The notes under the pieces were generated by a model. It searched no databases. It worked only from the letters and a program-made list of their open reading frames with translations, and was not told where the DNA came from. DNA of 63,996 bases, filler included, from Candidatus Rokuibacteriota bacterium (GTDB lineage Bacteria > JAUVQV01 > DATDCY01): the NCBI GenBank assembly GCA_031406795.1. It is 5 parts of 5 records of this genome, joined end to end, with 100 filler letters (N's around TTAATTAATTAA, not from the genome) between each part and the next. Parts side by side here need not be neighbours in the genome. Positions count along the whole stretch, not along the records: positions 49,591 to 61,816 come from JANOHV010000228.1; 4 more parts are not named here. One strand, written 5' to 3'. Positions 49,591-58,456 of the stretch are shown one piece after another. The translations under genes and the position numbers were made by a program. Each line of letters begins with the position of its first letter. Position 1 is the stretch's first letter.

Positions 49591-50807
49591 ACCACATGAG
49601 CGACCAGGCGCGGTCGGTCTCGCGCTCGATGGAACTGCTGGCGCGCACTTCGGAGGAGACCTCCTCGTCGATCATGGAGATGATCGCCGCGATCGAGCAG
49701 GTGGCCGGCAACGCGGGCGCCCTTTCGGAGAACGTCGCCCAGACGTCCTCCTCGGTCGAGCAGGTGCTGGTTTCGAACAAGGAGGTCGCCCGCAACGTCG
49801 AGTCCTTCACGCAGCTGATCTCCCGGACCTCCGCCGCGGTGACGGAGATCGACGCGAGCGTCAAGGAGGTCCAGTCGCTGGCCCAGAGCTCCCGCGGGCT
49901 CTCGGAACAGGTCCGCGAGAACGCCCTGCACCAGGGGGGCGAGGCGGTCAAGGAGGCCATGAGCGAGATGCGCACGATCCGCTCGTCGGTCCTCACGTTG
50001 GCGGGCACGATCGAGAAGCTCGGCGAGAGCGTCGACAACATCGGCGAGATTCTCGTGGTCATCGACGACGTCGCGGAGCAGACCAACCTGCTCGCGCTCA
50101 ACGCGGCGATCATCGCCGCTCAGGCCGGCGAGCACGGGCGCGGGTTCGCGGTGGTCGCCGAAGAAATCCGCGAACTGGCCGAACGCACGTCGAACTCGAC
50201 CAAGGAAATCGCCAAGGTCATCACCGGCATCCAGGAGGAGAGCCGGAACGTCGGCGTGCTGGTGCGCGACGGCGTCGCGCGCGTGGATTCCGGCGTCGAG
50301 GCCGTCGGCCGCACCAACGCCGCGCTCAAGCAGATCATCACCAGCGCCGAACGGGCCACCGAAATGAGCGCCCGCATCGCCGAGGCCACGGGGGAGCAGG
50401 CCAACGGCAGCCGCGAGGTGGCCCGGGCCGTCCAGGAGGTCGCCGACCGCTCGGTCGAGATTCTGCGGGCCACGACCGAACAGTCCCGTGGGAGCGAGAC
50501 CGTCATGCGGGCGGTCGAGGCCATGCGCGACATGGCCGAGCAGGTGCGCCGGGCGACCGTCGAGCAGACATCGGGCGCCCGGCTCATCGCCAAGGCCAGC
50601 GAGAGCGCGACGGTGCTGGCGCGGCAGGTGAACCAGGGCTCGCAGGCGGGCCGGCAGCTCTCGGAGCGTTCGGTCAGCGAGGTCGCGACCATCCAGGCTG
50701 CGGCCCGCGAGACCATGGCCGCCGTGACCCGGATGAAACAGATCGTCGACTCCTTCGGGTTGCTGTCGGAGCACCTGAAGAAGACCCTCTCGCAGTTCCG
50801 GACATGA
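49591..50807 (+). CDS. Methyl-accepting chemotaxis protein, 5' partial
   Basis: [37 protein letters not shown]. Confidence 0.95.
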
Positions 50808-50817
50808 CCCCGAGACA

Positions 50818-52233
50818 TTGTCCCGCACTTCGCAGCTGCTCCCGTCGACCCTGGCGTACATCGCCCGCCACCGGCTGATCCCGGCGGGCGCGCGGGTCGT
50901 CGCCGCGGTCTCCGGCGGCGCGGACTCGACCTGCCTGGCGCACCTGCTGCTCGCGGCCCGCGCGCGCCTCGACATCACCCTCGAGATCGCCCACTTCAAC
51001 CACCGACTGCGCGCGCGGCAGTCAGAGCGCGACGCCGCGGCCGTCGAAGCGCTGGCGAAGCGCCACGGTCTGCGCTTCCACCTCGGCCTCGGCACGGCGT
51101 TTACCCCCGCGCGGCGCCGCGCGGCCTCGCTGCAGGAACTCGCCCGCGACGCGCGCCTCGATTTCCTGCTCGGGCTGGCGGGCCGGCGTCGGGCGATTGT
51201 TGCGCTCGGGCACACGGCGGACGATCAGTCCGAGACCATGATGATGCGTTTTCTGGCGGGGGCCGGGCCCGCGGGGCTCGGCGGCATCGCACCCGCCAGC
51301 CACGGCGGCCGCCTGGTGCACCCGCTGCTCGGCGCGCGGCGGGCCGCCATCGAACTCTGGCTCGCCGGACGGGGGGTGAGCTGGCGCACCGACCGCACCA
51401 ACCGTACCCGGCGGTATCTGCGAAACCGGATCCGGCTGGACCTGCTGCCGGCGATCGTCCGGGAGTACAACCCCCGCATCGTCGAGCGGCTCGGCGCGCT
51501 CGCGGAGCAACTGCGGCGCGACGACGACTTCATCGCGTCGCGGTCGGCCGGGCTTCTCGACGGCGCGTCCGCCGGCGCGCGGCGCTACCTCTTCACCGGT
51601 GAAATGCTCGCGGCCACCCACCCCGCCGTGCTCTCGCGGGCGCTGTTGCTGGCCCTGCGCGCCGTCGCGCGCACGCCGGCCGACTTTTCGAGCCGCCACG
51701 TCGAGGCGCTCCTGGCCCCCGGCGCCGGCGCCCGTTCGTGGGATCTGCCCGGCGGCGTCAGCTGCTGCAGCGACGGCACCGGCCTGGTGCTCGCGCGTGC
51801 GACGGCCTCGGCGCGGGAGGCCCCGCTGCGGCCGGCGGCTCTGAAACTGCCCGGTCGCGTCACCCTCCCCTCCGCAGACACCGTGACCGCGCGGCTCCGC
51901 GCCGCGCCCCCCGGGTTCGATCCGCGGGCTTTCGGCGCCGACCCGTTTCGCGTGGCACTCGATCTGCGCCGTGTGCAGCCGCCGCTCACCGTGCGCACGC
52001 GGCTCCCCGGGGACCGCTTCCAGCCGCTCGGGCTCCCGGCGGACAAGAAACTCAAGGAACTCTTCATCGACGCGAAGGTCCCGGCCGGCAGACGTTCCCG
52101 CGTGCCGCTGGTCTGCGACCGCGAGGGTATCGTCTGGGTCGCGGGCCTGCGGCCGGCGGAGCGCTGCCGGGTTCACGTCGGGACAAGACGCCTGCTCGTG
52201 CTCGAACTCGAGCGCGGCGACGAAGCCGATTAG
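50818..52233 (+). CDS. tilS: tRNA(Ile)-lysidine synthetase
   Basis: SGGADS, HFNHRLR, GHTADDQSET, RNRIR. Confidence 0.93.
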   Translation: MSRTSQLLPSTLAYIARHRLIPAGARVVAAVSGGADSTCLAHLLLAARARLDITLEIAHFNHRLRARQSERDAAAVEALAKRHGLRFHLGLGTAFTPARRRAASLQELARDARLDFLLGLAGRRRAIVALGHTADDQSETMMMRFLAGAGPAGLGGIAPASHGGRLVHPLLGARRAAIELWLAGRGVSWRTDRTNRTRRYLRNRIRLDLLPAIVREYNPRIVERLGALAEQLRRDDDFIASRSAGLLDGASAGARRYLFTGEMLAATHPAVLSRALLLALRAVARTPADFSSRHVEALLAPGAGARSWDLPGGVSCCSDGTGLVLARATASAREAPLRPAALKLPGRVTLPSADTVTARLRAAPPGFDPRAFGADPFRVALDLRRVQPPLTVRTRLPGDRFQPLGLPADKKLKELFIDAKVPAGRRSRVPLVCDREGIVWVAGLRPAERCRVHVGTRRLLVLELERGDEAD

Positions 52234-54380
52234 TTCCCGGGGTGCGGTGGCCGCCGGCGCGCGAGCTCTCTCCAGCGGACCCGCGGGCCGGCGATGACGG
52301 TTTCCAGAAGCAGCACCGCCAGGAGCGCCAGCAGCAACGGGCGAGTCAGGCTCCGCACCCCAAGTTGCGCCGGGTCGCTCGCGGCACCGGATGGCGTGAC
52401 TTCAACCAGTTCGGCGCGCACCGGCCGCAGACGCTCCGCGATTTCGTCCGCGCCCAGCGGGGAGAGATCGGATTCCGCCGCCGGGACGTTCACGGCGGCG
52501 ACCCCGGCGCGCCCCTGGTGCGACCAGCGGTAGAAACCGATCTCGCCCGTCTCGGCCGTGGCGGCGAGGCTGCCCGCGTCGAGCGCACGGAATTCCAGCT
52601 CCCGGCGGGCGCCCCCGGGTGTCTCGACCGTGACCCCGGTTCCGGCGAGTTCCGCGCCCGCCGCGAACTCGAGTTGTTCGCCGGCGATGTGTTCGACATC
52701 CGCGGCCTCCTCGAGGCTGCCAGCGAGCCAGAGCACGAGCCGCTGGATCAGCGGGACGAAGACCGGCCGGGTGGCCAGATCGTTGCCTTCGAGATCCGCA
52801 GTCGACGCCACGAACAGGACTCGCCCTCGTCCCACCCGGTGCTCGATCAGCCAGGGCGCCCCGTCCTCGAAACGCGCAAGCACCCGGGCGGCCGGCGTCG
52901 GCCGATCGAGCCGCGCCCGCAGCGTGAACGAGGCGGTCGCGAACGTCCCGCTCGCCGGCGGACGGAAGATGGCCAGCGGCGGCGAGGTGTAATCGACCTC
53001 GCCGACGCGCCACGGCCGATCGGGCGGCGCCGTTTCGCTCGCGCTCACCCGCGCCGGGAGCAGGCCGGACAGCGCCAGCCGCCAGGCTTCGGCATCGCAC
53101 GAGCCCCCCCAGAAGACCAGCAGCGAACCTCCCGCCGCAACGTACTCGGTGAGCACCGCTGCGGCCTTTTCGCCCGGGGCCCGGACGTTGGCCAGCACGA
53201 CGACCGCGGTGCCGTCGGCGATGGGGGCGGCGGGCGCCTCGGGACCGCCGACCGTGACGCGAATCGGCAGGGTCGCCGCCAGTCGCTCGGATCGCAGCGC
53301 TTCCTGCAGGAAAAAGGTTTCGCTCTGCGTGAGCGAGGCCCCGGGCTCTCCGTCGATCGCGAGAACGCTCAGCGGCGGCGCCACCTCGAGCCCGAGCAGG
53401 CGGCGGTCGTCCGCCGGGTAGCGATCGGCGGGCAGACGAACTTCGACCAGCTGCGCACCCGCCGTCGGCGGCCGCAGCGTGAACTCCACCGCGGCGCTCG
53501 TGCCGGGCGGTACCGTTTCGAGACGGCTGGCGGCGAGTTTGCCGTCGAGCCAGAGTTCGACGGGGAGCACCGCCTCCGGCCCGTTGTTCGCGATCTCCGC
53601 GCGCACCACGCGCGGCTCTCCCGCGACCCGGCTCTCCCCGCGCGCGCCGACGCGCACGACGCCCGCGCGGTTGCGCGCGCCGTCGCCGCCCAGGCGGAGC
53701 ACGCGCACCGGGACCGCGGCGTCGAAGAGCGGCAGTTCGTCCAGCGAAACGCGGTCCCAGCCCCCGCGCGCGAGATCGCTGATCACGACGATGCGCCGCT
53801 GCGCGACGCCGCTGTCGCGCAGGAGCCGGTAGGCCTCGGCGAAAGCGCGCGCGGGTTCGACGACGGCGGGCCGCGCGGAGGCCGCAGCCACGGCGCCGGC
53901 GAAACCCGCCGCATCGAACCACCGCGACGTCGCGGCGCTCGTTCCGGGACGCGGCGCAGCCTCGACCAGCGCGAACCGCTGCTCCCCGCCCGCCCCGGAC
54001 GCGATCGCACGCGCCAGATCGCGAGCGCCCTCGAAACGCGGACGTGCGTCCGCCGCGAGCGCGGTCATGCTCAACGAGGTGTCCAGGATGACCACCGTGA
54101 AACCCGGCTCGCCCTCGCGGAAAATGGCGCCCGGCGCCTGGAGCACCGGCCGCGCCAGCAGCAGCGCGAACAGCAGCAGCGCCAGGCAGCGCACGAGCAG
54201 CAGCAGGAGCCGCCGCACCCGCACCCGGCGGGACGAGCGCCGCTGGGCGAGGAGCAGGAAGCGCACCGCGGGGAAGTCGACCGTCGCCTCGCGCTTTCGC
54301 TGCAGCAGGTGGATCGCGACCGGCACGGCGACCGCCAGCGCGGCCAGCAGGTTCAGTGGAGCGAGCAGTCCGAGCGCCAC
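52230..54380 (-). CDS. BatA/vWA-domain membrane protein
   Basis: PVAIHLL..FPAVRFL, LARP, DTSLSM MIDAS-like, ISD, C-terminal TM. Confidence 0.85.
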   Translation of the reverse strand: MALGLLAPLNLLAALAVAVPVAIHLLQRKREATVDFPAVRFLLLAQRRSSRRVRVRRLLLLLVRCLALLLFALLLARPVLQAPGAIFREGEPGFTVVILDTSLSMTALAADARPRFEGARDLARAIASGAGGEQRFALVEAAPRPGTSAATSRWFDAAGFAGAVAAASARPAVVEPARAFAEAYRLLRDSGVAQRRIVVISDLARGGWDRVSLDELPLFDAAVPVRVLRLGGDGARNRAGVVRVGARGESRVAGEPRVVRAEIANNGPEAVLPVELWLDGKLAASRLETVPPGTSAAVEFTLRPPTAGAQLVEVRLPADRYPADDRRLLGLEVAPPLSVLAIDGEPGASLTQSETFFLQEALRSERLAATLPIRVTVGGPEAPAAPIADGTAVVVLANVRAPGEKAAAVLTEYVAAGGSLLVFWGGSCDAEAWRLALSGLLPARVSASETAPPDRPWRVGEVDYTSPPLAIFRPPASGTFATASFTLRARLDRPTPAARVLARFEDGAPWLIEHRVGRGRVLFVASTADLEGNDLATRPVFVPLIQRLVLWLAGSLEEAADVEHIAGEQLEFAAGAELAGTGVTVETPGGARRELEFRALDAGSLAATAETGEIGFYRWSHQGRAGVAAVNVPAAESDLSPLGADEIAERLRPVRAELVEVTPSGAASDPAQLGVRSLTRPLLLALLAVLLLETVIAGPRVRWRELARRRPPHPGN

Positions 54381-54383
54381 GGG

Positions 54384-55304
54384 TCAGCCTTCCCGGCGCG
54401 CGAGGTAGCGCACCAGCCCGCGATCCAGCGGCTGGTCGGTGACGAAGAGATCGTAGTCGGCGCCGCTGCGGCGGCACAACGCCCGCACCGTGGCCAGGTG
54501 TTCGTTCATCGCGGCGCGGTACTCGCGACGGATCTCGCGCGGGTCCGTCGTCAGTTCCAGCGCCCCCTCCAGGTCGCGGAAGAGCGTGAGCTTCTGAAAG
54601 GGCAGCTCGAGTTCGTCCCGGTCGGCGAGATGCAGCACCATCAGGTCGTGGCGGCGATGGTGCAGGTGGCGCAGCCCCTGTTCGAGCCCTTGCGGGTCGT
54701 CGAGCAGGTCGGAGATCAGGATGCACAGGCCGCGCCGATGCAGCCCGCCGGCGACTTCGGCGAGCGCGGCGCGCACGTCGGTCGCCCCGGCCGGGCGCGC
54801 CGCCTCGAGTTCGGCGATGATCGCGTGCAGGTGGTGCGGCTGGGAGCGGGCGGGGATCACGCGCGGGGCGCCGGCCCCCATGACGACCAGCCCGACGGCG
54901 TCGCGCTGCAACAGCATCAGGTAGGCCAGCGAGGCCGCGAGCGTCGCGGCGTAGTCGTACTTCGAGATGCCCGCGCCGGCGTACCCCATCGAGGCGCTGG
55001 CGTCCACGAAGAGGTACGCGCGCAGGTTGGTCTCCGCTTCGTACTCCTTGACGAAGTACCGGTCCTGGCGGCTGAAGAGCTTCCAGTCGATCCGGCGCAG
55101 CTCGTCACCGGGACTGTACGGGCGGTGCTCGGAGAACTCGACGGACAGTCCGCGCAGGGAGCTGCGGTGCAGTCCCGCCATCAGGCCCTCGACCACGTGG
55201 CGCGCGCGCAGCGTGAGATTCGAGATCCCGGCCAGGACGACCGGATCGAAGTAGCGCCCGGGCCGGCCGGGCGCGCCGCGGGGGGGGGAGATGCTAGCGT
55301 CCAT
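54384..55304 (-). CDS. DUF58 domain protein
   Basis: GLHRS, EFSEHRPYSPGDELRRIDWK, DASASM. Confidence 0.92.
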   Translation of the reverse strand: MDASISPPRGAPGRPGRYFDPVVLAGISNLTLRARHVVEGLMAGLHRSSLRGLSVEFSEHRPYSPGDELRRIDWKLFSRQDRYFVKEYEAETNLRAYLFVDASASMGYAGAGISKYDYAATLAASLAYLMLLQRDAVGLVVMGAGAPRVIPARSQPHHLHAIIAELEAARPAGATDVRAALAEVAGGLHRRGLCILISDLLDDPQGLEQGLRHLHHRRHDLMVLHLADRDELELPFQKLTLFRDLEGALELTTDPREIRREYRAAMNEHLATVRALCRRSGADYDLFVTDQPLDRGLVRYLARREG

Positions 55305-56313
55305 CCCCGGCAGGCAGCTCGAGGAGTTGACGGACGATCTCGCGCGCGGAGACACCCTCGGCCTCGGCGGTGAAATTCGTCAGGATGCGGTGCTGCAGCA
55401 CCGCGGGAGCCAGGGCCCGCACATCCTCGATCGAAGCGGCGTAGCGGCCGGCGAGCAGCGCGCGCGCCTTGGCCCCGAGCACAAGGTACTGCGACGCGCG
55501 GGGGCCGGCGCCCCAGGCGACGTAATCTTTCACGAACTTCGGCGCGCCGGCGGCCGCCGGCCGGCTGGCCTGCGCCAGGCGCACGGCGTACTCGATGACG
55601 GGGGCGGCGGCCGGCGCGCGCCGGACCAGTTCCTGGAACGCGAGGATGCGCGCCGCGTCGAGCACCGGCGTCGCGACGGCGGTCGTGGCCGCGGTGGTGG
55701 CGCCGACGATGTGCACCTCCTCCTCGAAGCTCGGATAGTCGAGGTAGATGCTGAACATGAAGCGATCGAGCTGCGCCTCCGGCAGCGGATAGGTCCCTTC
55801 CTGCTCGATCGGGTTCTGGGTCGCCAGCACGAAGAACGGGCGCTCGAGCGGGTGGGTCTGACCGCCGGCGCTGACCTGGTACTCCTGCATCGCCTGCAGC
55901 AGTGCGGCCTGGGTCTTCGGCGGCGTGCGATTGATCTCGTCGGCGAGCAGCACGTTCGTGAAGACGGGTCCGCGCAGGAAGCGGAAGGAGCGGCGGCGTT
56001 CGGCGTCCTCCTCGAGCACTTCGGTGCCGGTGATGTCCGAAGGCATCAGGTCGGGGGTGAACTGCACGCGGTTGAACGACAGATGCACCGCCTGCGCCAG
56101 CGTGCTCACCAGCAGGGTCTTGGCCAGCCCCGGCACGCCGATGAGCAGACAGTGCCCGCCGGTGAACAGGCTGGTGAGCAACTCTTCGACGACCTGCTCC
56201 TGCCCGACGATCACGCGGGCGATCTGCTCGCGGATCGCCGCCCGCGCCCGCACGAGTTCCGCGGCCTGCTGCACATCTTTCTCGTCACGCCACTCCTGTG
56301 TACCCATGCTCAT
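55294..56313 (-). CDS. moxR: MoxR family AAA+ ATPase
   Basis: GVPGLAKT, QFTPDLMPSD, DEINR, ATQNPIEQEGTYPLPEAQLDRF. Confidence 0.95.
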   Translation of the reverse strand: MSMGTQEWRDEKDVQQAAELVRARAAIREQIARVIVGQEQVVEELLTSLFTGGHCLLIGVPGLAKTLLVSTLAQAVHLSFNRVQFTPDLMPSDITGTEVLEEDAERRRSFRFLRGPVFTNVLLADEINRTPPKTQAALLQAMQEYQVSAGGQTHPLERPFFVLATQNPIEQEGTYPLPEAQLDRFMFSIYLDYPSFEEEVHIVGATTAATTAVATPVLDAARILAFQELVRRAPAAAPVIEYAVRLAQASRPAAAGAPKFVKDYVAWGAGPRASQYLVLGAKARALLAGRYAASIEDVRALAPAVLQHRILTNFTAEAEGVSAREIVRQLLELPAGDGR

Positions 56314-56326
56314 GCCTCCTGTCATG

Positions 56327-56484
56327 TAATCCTTCAGTGAAGCGCGGAAATTCGTTCCGTTCGTGGTGAGCCGTGAGCTTGACGAACGGTCGAACCATGA
56401 ACGGACATTTGCCCTATCCACAAGCGCCCTTCGACAGGCTCAGGGCGAACGGTGCTGATTTTGCTACCCCTCACTGAAGGAATA
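56327..56484. repeat. MITE-like element B with nested REP-like hairpins
   Basis: TAATCCTTCAGTGA/TCACTGAAGGAATA inverted ends enclosing CCGTTCGTGGTGAGC..TCGAACCATGAACGG and CCCTTCGACAGGCTCAGGGCGAACGG. Confidence 0.65.
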
Positions 56485-56524
56485 CCCCGTCATTCTTGCA
56501 TGTCTTGAGGTAACCATCGGAGCC

Positions 56525-56581
56525 CGTGCAGGCCGCGGGTCCTGACGCTGCGGACCTCCGCTTCACCCCTGCGCCCAGCAT
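56525..56581. repeat. Dispersed hairpin repeat, copy B
   Basis: Shares CCTGACGCTGCGGACCTCC and CGCCCAG with 7832-7892. Confidence 0.6.
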
Positions 56582-56623
56582 GCGCTCATCCACCTCGTAT
56601 CCGGTTCCCGTTGTCGCATGCTC

Positions 56624-58456
56624 TCATTCATCCTGCATCACCGAACGCATGAAGGCCTCGTTGCCCGGCGCCAGCCGCAGCGCGGTCACCGAGGCTTTCT
56701 GCGCCTCCTGCGCCCGGTCGAGTTTTCGCAGGGTCCGGCCCAGATCGCGCCAGGCGAAGGGGTCGAAGGGATTGAGTTCCAGCGCGCCTCGCAGCGCCGC
56801 CGCCGCCGTTTCGTGTTCGCCGAGCGCCGTCAGCGCAGTGGCGAGCACCACGTTCGCGGCCGGGTACCCGCTCCCCAGCCGCACGGCCTCGCGAGCGGCC
56901 GCGGCCGCGGCCGGGGCCCGCTTCAACTCCAGCAGCGCGCGCGCCGCCTTGACGTGGGCATACGGTGACGCGGGCGCAACCGCGCGCGCCTTCTCGTACT
57001 CCATGAGCCCGGCGCGCGCGTTGCCGCGCGCGCGCAGCAGGTCACCGAGCCGCAGGTGATTCTGCGCCGCCAGCGGCTGCCACTCGGCAAGATCCCAGGC
57101 CTCGGCTTCCCCGCTCCCGGCGAGGTGGTAGCCGGGGATCACGATGCCGGCGACCTCCCGGTAGCCGCGTTTCTCGAGCATCCGCCGCCAGCCCTCCTCG
57201 AAGCGCGCGAGCGGCTCGCCGATCGCCGCGAGCAGCACCGGATCCATGCCCGAGTACGCCGGCGCCCCGGCCAACGCCGCGATCATACGGCGCAGCCCGG
57301 CGACCTGCCAGCCCTCGATCAGATACTCGATGGCGAGCGCGCACTCCGCGAAGGCCAGCCGCACCGCGCTGCGCGAGGGCAGCTGCAAGAGCGCGGGCTC
57401 CATGGCCGCGAACGGTATCAATTGATCCTCGCGCAGCGCGCGCGCGACGAGACTGCGGTCGATGTCGTCGAGCACTGCCGCGTCCGCGGTGCGCCAGCGG
57501 GCCTCGCCGTAGCGCGCGAACCCCTCCTGGAGCCAGATCGGCGCGCGGTTGGCGCTCAGGCGCACCAGCAGATAGTGCAGATACTCGTGGTTCAGCACGT
57601 CGCGCCAGGGATAGCCGCGCGCGAGCAGCCGGGGCGAGAGCACCACGATCTTGTTGAAGGCGCTGACCCCCACCGCACCGGCGGACTCGATGTCGCGCCG
57701 CGTCAGACCGGAAACGCGTTCGAAATCGTCCACGGACGGGGCGATCTCGACGCGCACTCTCGACGGCACGCGCTCGCCGAGCCAGGCCGCGGTCGCCGCG
57801 AAACCCGCCTCGAGCGCCTCGAGCGCCGGCTCGGCGAGCACCCAGTCGCGCTCGGGATCGAAGCGCACCACGAAGTGCTGGCTTTCCGCCGAGACAAGGC
57901 GCTCGTCCAGCGCGCGGCTCGCGGCCGCCAGCCGCGCGAAGGCGACGACGGGCTCCGAGGCGGCGACCGCCGGCGGCAGTTGTCCGAGAAGCCGCACCGC
58001 CTCCGCGTACTCCCCGGCCTGATGAGCGATGCGCGCAGCAAGCAGCAGGTCCTCCGGCTCCCGGGATACGCCGACCCCGGCAAGCGCCGCCCGGGCCGCC
58101 GGCACGTCCCAGCGCTCGAGTGCCGCGGCCGCCGCGATCCGCACGGCGCCGATCGGCGCGGCCGCATCGGGTGCGAGGCCGGCGCCCGTGACCGGCTGGG
58201 CCCGCGTCTCTCCTCCAAGAACGAGCAACGCAATGAGCCCCGCCCCCGTGATCAGCAGCCGCTGCCGCGAGGCCAGGCCGCTCAAAAGGGTCCAGGCGCA
58301 AGCCGCACGAGTTGACGAACCGCGCAGGAAGCTCAAAAGGGTCCAGGTGCAAGGCGGGCGAGCCCTGAGGAATGAGGCGTACGAGCCGTACGCCGCAGTG
58401 ACGAAGGGCGAAGCCCAACGCCGCAGATGGGCCCTTTTCAGCTCCCTGCGCATCAT
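56624..58456 (-). CDS. TPR + peptidase MA-like (zincin) protein
   Basis: HEYLH...PIWLQEGFA gluzincin motif; TPR-like repeats; N-terminus reads through a MITE. Confidence 0.8.
   Translation of the reverse strand: MMRRELKRAHLRRWASPFVTAAYGSYASFLRARPPCTWTLLSFLRGSSTRAACAWTLLSGLASRQRLLITGAGLIALLVLGGETRAQPVTGAGLAPDAAAPIGAVRIAAAAALERWDVPAARAALAGVGVSREPEDLLLAARIAHQAGEYAEAVRLLGQLPPAVAASEPVVAFARLAAASRALDERLVSAESQHFVVRFDPERDWVLAEPALEALEAGFAATAAWLGERVPSRVRVEIAPSVDDFERVSGLTRRDIESAGAVGVSAFNKIVVLSPRLLARGYPWRDVLNHEYLHYLLVRLSANRAPIWLQEGFARYGEARWRTADAAVLDDIDRSLVARALREDQLIPFAAMEPALLQLPSRSAVRLAFAECALAIEYLIEGWQVAGLRRMIAALAGAPAYSGMDPVLLAAIGEPLARFEEGWRRMLEKRGYREVAGIVIPGYHLAGSGEAEAWDLAEWQPLAAQNHLRLGDLLRARGNARAGLMEYEKARAVAPASPYAHVKAARALLELKRAPAAAAAAREAVRLGSGYPAANVVLATALTALGEHETAAAALRGALELNPFDPFAWRDLGRTLRKLDRAQEAQKASVTALRLAPGNEAFMRSVMQDE
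58274..58451 (+). repeat. MITE-like element family A (full copy 58322-58451 plus extra left end)
   Basis: GCTCAAAAGGGTCCAGG(C/T)GCAAG occurs twice; right end CGCCGCAGATGGGCCCTTTTCAGC. Confidence 0.78.
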
